The position numbers and the translations under genes are program-made. From NCBI RefSeq assembly GCF_009914755.1, contig NC_060929.1: a stretch of DNA of 64,000 nucleotides; one strand, written 5' to 3'. The notes beneath the pieces are model-generated. The model searched no databases. It had not been told where the DNA came from and saw nothing but the letters and a program-made list of their open reading frames with translations. Positions 55,717 to 64,000 of the stretch are shown here, piece by piece; position 1 is the stretch's first letter, and each line of letters opens with the position of its first letter. Source of the DNA: the human T2T-CHM13v2.0 reference genome, Homo sapiens.

Positions 55717-57227
55717 ACCTCTGGCTCTTTAGGACCTACCTGGGATGAAACAGGGTGCCAGGAGAGGTTGCAGGAGCAGAACTGAGCCGGGTCCAGGGAG
55801 CAGGAGGTCGCCAGGATCTGGTCCACTTCTATGGAATCCCCAAGCCCAGCAGGAGCCTCCCATGCCACAGTTGCCAGTGGATGAGTGGATGTGTGGTGGG
55901 GAGGAGGGTAGAAGGCTGTATGAGCTGGGCCCCAGCCGCTATCTGCCCAGCAAGGCATGTGGCCTGCCCAGGGGTCAGTCCAGCCTCTGAGCATATGGCC
56001 CTGGTCCCACTGAGTTCTCAGGGCCCAGGCCCTGAGGGTACCCACTGTCCCACCTGGATCACACAGTCATGGCCCCGTACTCCCCTACTTCCCTGCTGCT
56101 CACCTGGCCCCTCTGTGGCCAGACCTACGTCTCCATCAGTCCCAGGGCCAGCTCCTTCCCAATGTTCATCAGCCAAGATGCGGGAGTCAAGAAGCAAACC
56201 CAGTCCTGGAGGGTGCTTGTGGGACGGGACCCAGGACCCCAACCAGCAAGGGGCCTGGGGGGAGGTGGGATGTGGGGTCAGCCTCGGCTGGGCTGAGCTG
56301 CTCATGCCTGGTCTGAGTGCCCACCATGGGCTCAGAGGCCCCTGACCACCACAGTGATTAAACTTGAGGTTTAGGCAGGGCTGCTGCTTAGGCCTCAAAA
56401 AAATCTCAGCTAATGTGTCTTAATTCCCTGGAAGAGGACCTGGGGCCAAAGATGTGCAGGGGCACAGCTCCTCTGTGGCACCTGTCCCCATCCTCAGATC
56501 CTCTGCTGTGGTCCAAACCAAAGAATTAAGGGATTAAGTGTGAAGAACACAGACAGCACCTAGAGAACTGAAGACACCAGGGCACTTGGTAACACAGTCC
56601 AACTTTACAATATCAAGCTGAAAGCACAGCTCTGGCCCCTCCTCAAGTTACTGCTTTAAGAGTTAAAAGATACTTGGGTTACATGAGCAAGAATGCCAAA
56701 CACCTGGAGGGGGAAAAAAAGGTATGTAGGAGCTATCATATTGTTTATTTAAATTTACTATCTGAAAATATCTGGGCAAGAAAAGTAAACATAAGTGAGC
56801 TTTCCAGCCAGATCTGGGGTCCTGGTGAAATAAACCGCTTTACCTGTAGGAACGCAGTTCATCCCTGTATCTGACTGGTGTTTATGTATCATATGCTATG
56901 GAGACCACAGAGCAGGCAACACACAGCTAACATGCTGGTTCCTTACCCAAAAATACCTTGAAATTCCTCTGTATCTGCATTTGTAAATATTTTATGTAAA
57001 CCAGATGGGTTTACAGAACACGTGCAGTGGAATCTGGTTTTATTTTTTAGCAACATGTACTATAAAATGCTTCAGAAAAATAATCTGTACATTGAGAAGG
57101 AAAAAAAAAAGATTTCTGGGTCTACTTATAAAGAGCGAGAGAATCAAGAACACTCTTTTAGGAAATGCTAGCATTAGAAGCATCTGCTCAGAACTGACTC
57201 TTGGGTCCAAACAAGTTGCCTTCAAGC

Positions 57228-57547
57228 AGCAGTCCCCAAACGTGGCTGCGCGTTATAATCACCCGGGGAAAGGTTACAACTCCTAGTGCACAGGCTTCCC
57301 CCTGTCCCAACTGCACCAAAAGCTCTGGGTGGGACTCAGCACTTTAGTAGTTTGTAAAACTCCCCTGGAGCTCCCAGTGTGCACCTGCGCCTGAGAGCTT
57401 GACTCAGCCCAGTGTGCATTCAAATCACCTGGGAGCTTGAACCTCTCCATGCCCAGGCTGTGCGCAGATCAGTTACATCAGGACCCAGCCAGCAGATTTT
57501 AAAGTTTTCCAGGTGATTCAAAAGGGCAGCCAGGACTGGGAGCCACT
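57228..57547. mobile_element. Two adjacent MER5-type hAT-Charlie relics
   Basis: AATCACC(C/T)GGG occurs twice; CCAGGTGATTC...GCAGCCAGGACTGGGAGCCACT. Confidence 0.62.
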
Positions 57548-57979
57548 CCCCTTACAGGATGTGGGAACCTTCTGAAGGGATGTGACTGCTGATCTGGCCA
57601 TGCATGATGCATGGACAGGCAAGAGCCAGAGGCCCCGGCACCATCATCGCAGTCCAGATGGAAGTCTTGCTCCCAAGTCACCTCCATCTTTTCTCTCTCA
57701 GCCACTTGCTGATTGAGGCTGAGCCAGTTACCAAAGTCTCTGTGGCTCCTGCTCCTTCCATGCCAGACCCTGTTGAACACATCCCTGGACTCCAGCTCCT
57801 TGTCTCTGGTCCACCCAGAGCCGGAGCTTTAGCCTAGGACCCAGACTTCTCCCTCCTGCCTCTTCCTTTCCCTCTCAGTGACCCTCACCCGGCAGCTGGA
57901 GGAATCTTCTGAAGAGCAAGTCTCATCACATCTCTCCTCTGCTCAAATCCTCCAGCAGATGTGAAGACACGAGATAAGC

Positions 57980-58570
57980 TGCTGGTGGGAACACGCCACG
58001 GTGCAGCTGCTTCAGAAGTCAGCGAGGCAGTTTCTTAAAGAGTTAAACATACGTTCACCATGCAGTGCAGCAACTCCGCTCCTAGGATCTCCCCGGGAGA
58101 AATGAAAACATACGTCCATACAACTCAGATGCAAATGCTCATAGAAGCGTTCTTCAAAATAGCCCCAAACTGGAAACAATCCAAGCATCCATCATCTGGC
58201 AAATGGAGAAACTACAGTGTAGCCAATCAATGGAATACCACTACATGCTACAACATGGATGAGCCCCAGAAATGCGACGCTGAGTGACAGAAGCCAGACA
58301 CAAAGGACTGGATTGTAGGAGTCCATGTGTACACGGTTTCTAGAAAGGACAAATCTGCAGAGACAGAAAACAGATCAGTGGTTGCCTGGGGCTGGGGGAA
58401 GGAACGGGGATTGACGGACATGGGCACCAGGGCGCTTTTTGGGGTGATGGAGATGTTCTAAAACTGGATGGTGGTTGGACAACTCCATACATTTACTAAA
58501 AATCATGGCCCTGTCCACTTACAATAGGTGAATTTTATGGTATATTTCAAATAAAGCTGTTAAAAAAACA
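57980..58570 (+). mobile_element. L1MB/ME-type 3' end
   Basis: GAGAAATGAAAACATACGTCCA, AAACTGGAAACAATCCAA, GGGGTGATGGAGATGTTCTAAAACTGGAT, GGTGAATTTTATGGTAT. Confidence 0.87.
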
Positions 58571-58860
58571 AACCACTTCCTATGGCTCACACAGGAGAGA
58601 GTACAGCATCTTGCTGGACACCCAATGTGCTCCACCATCTGCAGATTTGCCTTTCCGGGACCAACTCCCCAGGACCCAAGCCCCGTGGAACTCTCTCCAG
58701 GCTCATGACCCCCTCTGGAATTCACCTCATAACCACCGCCAGCTTCTCCACCGCAAGCTCCATCTCATCCTTCAACACTCTGGGCAAATGCCGCTTCCTC
58801 TGGAAGTCTGCACCACCGCTAGGATAATGCTTAGCAAAAATCAATCTCTCTCATTAGAGC

Positions 58861-59400
<540 letters not shown>

Positions 59401-60086
59401 GATTTCAACTAGACAAGGCACTCCTTGAGGGCAGGGGCTGTGCTCTGTTTCTCTCTGTATCCTTGTGGTCAGCATGGGGCTTGGGACCCAGAAATTACCC
59501 AATAAGACGTCTACTCTGTGAGAGTGGCTTTGCAAGCATGTTGATTAAAGGCCCTTTGTGTCGTATTTTTTTCCCTCTCACACAACATGCAAACATTCTT
59601 TAAAAAGCTGTTTGTTGGCTGACAGACCACACCCTACAGTTAAGACTGGCAGCAAAGCTCTGCAAGAAGTTCAATGACTGCTGTAAATCTCACTTATAAA
59701 ACTAATACATACACGTGCATTTTTTAGAGTGAAGATATATAGCCTAAAAATACTAATAAAATAATAATTCAAATCTAAAACTCCACATGGGACAGGCTGC
59801 GTAATTTGCAAAATCAAAGTGTGGGACCCTGTTCACACACTATTGAGAATTTTAGAGGGCAACTGCAGAGCCGGAAACCAAATTCAAGGCCTCTCGGTAC
59901 AGGCGCACAGGGGCTTGCTGATGAAGCTGACCCCAAATTATAAAGACAGAGATGGGGGGATGCGGGGCTAGAGTTTCAAAGGGCTGCCTTAATGGTTCTT
60001 AAGATCCCATTTCACCCTGATGTTTGGAGAAAGACAAACACAAACATGCTTTTGAAACAAACAAAATAGTCAAGGAACCCCTAACA

Positions 60087-60126
60087 GACGACACGGGGTG
60101 ACGACGCGGGGTGATGACGCGGGGTG
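60087..60126. repeat. 13-bp tandem repeat x3
   Basis: GACGACACGGGGT GACGACGCGGGGT GATGACGCGGGGT. Confidence 0.9.
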
Positions 60127-61552
60127 GGCAGAATCAGCATTTGGCTCTACCACAAACCTCATCTGCTTGTCTTTGGGCTAAACATTCTGTGCCATTTGCC
60201 CAGATCTCAGAATCCCACCAACCCCAACCTGATGGCAGCAATGAAGGAAACCTGTGGGCCCCAAGTCATCAATAACAGGAGGACTGGGGTTTTGTGGAAG
60301 AAACCGTGTACTTCATAGCCTAAGCATGACCAGGCAGAGGGTCCAGTGGCTCATGCCTCAGTTTCCCTGCCCCAAATCCTCATCTGTTTGGCCAAGGCTT
60401 TGATTTTCAACCTGAGTCCCCACCCACGGGCCTGGCCCTCTGGGACGTCCAACTGAGAAACCACGCACGCCGAGTCCTGCAGCCTGGTCAGACCCCGAGC
60501 CTGGCCCCTGCTTTCTCCTCTTCCCCTTGGCCAAGGTCCCCAGATGATTAAAAAAAAAACAGTCTGAACTCCATCTCTCTCTCTTTGTCTTAGGAAAGCT
60601 GGGATGGGTGGGTGGTCAGGAAAGAGGGAGAGGCCTGTCTGAGGCACAGAAGTCTTATGAAAGGTTCTGTTTGCTGGTAATTCCATGAGGAAAATTGCCT
60701 TTGACTGGTTTGTCCAAACAGGTTTGCAAATTGAGATGGGAACATTTTTTAAAGATCACCGCCATCTCCACATGATTTAAAATGTCATCATTTAAATTAT
60801 GTGGAGCTTCTTTTGAGAAACGTTTTACCCCTGAGCATGTCAAAAGCAATTTCCCAGAGTGCAAGCTTTATGAATCTAACATGATAGGCCCGAGCGTCTC
60901 CCTCCCTGACAGCTGGGGTCCCAGTCTGCCATTCGGGGAGCACCAGCGTGCTTCCTGCTGACTCAGGGAAACCCAGGGCGCCAAAGGGGCCTCACAAATC
61001 GCTCAGTCCCCTGATGATTAAAATCTTACTTTAAAGCAGCAGAAGCTGCTCTTTAAACAGAAGGCATCTCGGAGAGGCCAGGCTAGAGAAGAATCGGAGT
61101 GGAACAGCTCTGGCTGGAGGGAGCACAGGCGCCAAGACCTGACCTGCTGTACTCCCCCTCGCCACCCCTGCTGGGGAAGGGCCTCTGCCACCCTTAGAAC
61201 TCTCCAGAGCCCAGCTTGGGAACCCGTGGTCTGTTCTGCCCCCCTCCCATATCCCTATTTCACAAGCAGGGGAGAATGAGCCACCAAAGGGTGGCCTCCC
61301 ACGGTCTCACCGAACCTTCGGCTGACTCCAGGCCGGCGGTTTCCAGCACCCCAGGCGGCCTGTTTCCTTTTAGTTGCTGGGAATTTAAGGGCCCTGAAAG
61401 GTTTGAAGCAGCTTGTGCATCTGTGTGGTCCCAGTGGGGTCTCGCTGTCCCACTGCCTTCATTTGAGCTCTGTGGCCTGCAGTCCTCAGTGGGAGGAAGC
61501 ACCTGCACGTCCTCACCCCACCCACCTACAGCGTTTCCCTGAAACCCATTAA

Positions 61553-62149
<597 letters not shown>

Positions 62150-62304
62150 TGAATTTCTAAGCATTTTTTTTTTATTAGTTATTCCTGATTGTATACCCTA
62201 ATGGTTAAATAATGGGACCTATGTAATTTCTGATTTTGAACTATGCTGTCATCTAACATATGGCCACTTATAAAAATATATTATGTTAAGATATAAAGAA
62301 AATG

Positions 62305-62608
62305 GGCTGGGCACAGAGGCTCACGCCTGTAATCCTAACACTTTGGGAGGCTGAGGCAGGTGGATCGCTTGAGCCTGGGAGATTGAGACCAACCCAGGCA
62401 ACATGGTGAAACCCTGCCTCTACAAAAAATAAAAAAATTAGCCAGGTGTGGTGGCACATTCCTGTCTGTAGTCCCAGCTACTTGGGAGGTTGTGGTGGGA
62501 GGATCCCTTGAGCCCAGGAGGTCAAGGCTGCAGTAAGCTGTGATTGCACCACGGCCGGGGTTACAGAGCAAGATTCTGTCTCAATAAAAAATAAAAAAGT
62601 AAACAAAC
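62305..62608 (+). mobile_element. AluJ-type
   Basis: GGAGGATCCCTTGAGCCCAGGAGGTCAAGGCTGCAG; TSD AAGATATAAAGAAAATG. Confidence 0.96.
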
Positions 62609-62897
62609 AAGATATAAAGAAAATGTCAACAAATCCCATCCCCCCCAAATATCTAGGTAGTTCTGTTTTATTAATCTTGCCAAATATTCAGTGAGGCCTT
62701 TTGATCTGAAGACTCAGGGAACTCTGTTGATTATTTCTTTCATATTTGTTTTTCTCTGTTCTCTCCTCCTAAAACTTCTACTTTGGATATGTGTAGTTTT
62801 GTATTAGAGTTTTCCTCTGTGTCTCTTATTTTCAAAATGAGAGGCAAATGACATGAGATGGTGAGACAGTGCACTTTAGTGGCAAAACACAGGACAA

Positions 62898-63389
<492 letters not shown>

Positions 63390-63390
<1 letters not shown>

Positions 63391-64000
63391 TTTCTGAGAA
63401 AAAAAACATTGCCTGGCTAGTGCTAGTACCTAATATCCTAAACAAAACATTAGCAAATTTGATTTAAACACAGACTAGAAGAATAATACATGTGATCCAA
63501 GTAGTATTTATTCTAGGATTGCAAGGATGGCTCTATATTATAAAATTTGTTAATATAACTTACGACATTAATTAGTCAAAATCATTCATTTAAGAATCTT
63601 TCCTTTTCCCGGTGATTTGAAATATGTCACTATAATGATACATTGTACTAAATTATTTTTTATACTGGGGTCTGTTTCAGACATTTCTTTGTTTCACTGA
63701 TTTGTTTGTTCCTATACTGGTAACATCTGTTTTCACTATCATTACTATAGCTTTATAAGATATTTTAATATCAGATGCCCTAAGTGTCTCTCCCCTTTGA
63801 ATTTTTCCCTTCTGAAATTTTCTTGGCCATTTGTACATGTTTATTCTCCTAGATGAAATTTATAATTATGTAGTCAAATTCCCAAAGCGTCCCATTACGA
63901 TTCTGATGGAAATCGTACTAAATTTATATATGAAACTGAAAAGAGTTGACATCTAAAGTAGCCAACCAGTCATTTCTATGACATCACCACTTTGAACGAC
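63390..64000. mobile_element. Old L1 ORF2 fragments (sense, then antisense)
   Basis: CCTAAACAAAACATTAGCAAA, GATTGCAAGGATGG (+); TTACTATAGCTTTATA, AAAGAGTTGACATCT (-). Confidence 0.65.

Overview
Primate (human-like) euchromatic genomic DNA, intronic or intergenic in character. It holds about 23 Alu elements or fragments (many with target-site duplications), stacked old L1M fragments, MIR/L2 relics, several LTRs (MER57-, MER4-, MER21-, MLT1-type) and DNA-transposon relics (MER1, MER47/Tigger5, MER5, MER103-like). I recognise no protein-coding exon of a known gene, and no rRNA, tRNA or CRISPR array; almost all listed ORFs are chance GC-rich or repeat-derived frames. The outstanding structure is a near-perfect 29 x 88-bp CpG-rich tandem array (12670-15223). 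It has no stop codon in any + frame, has an ATG 10 nt upstream, and is bracketed by a 56-bp inverted repeat with one mismatch. Two more local inverted duplications of 200-330 bp (2934-3252/4335-4670 and 53490-53700/55511-55716) and several short direct duplications suggest a locus prone to fold-back or template-switch copying. TE subfamily names come from remembered consensus sequences and TE boundaries are approximate; all alignments were done by eye.
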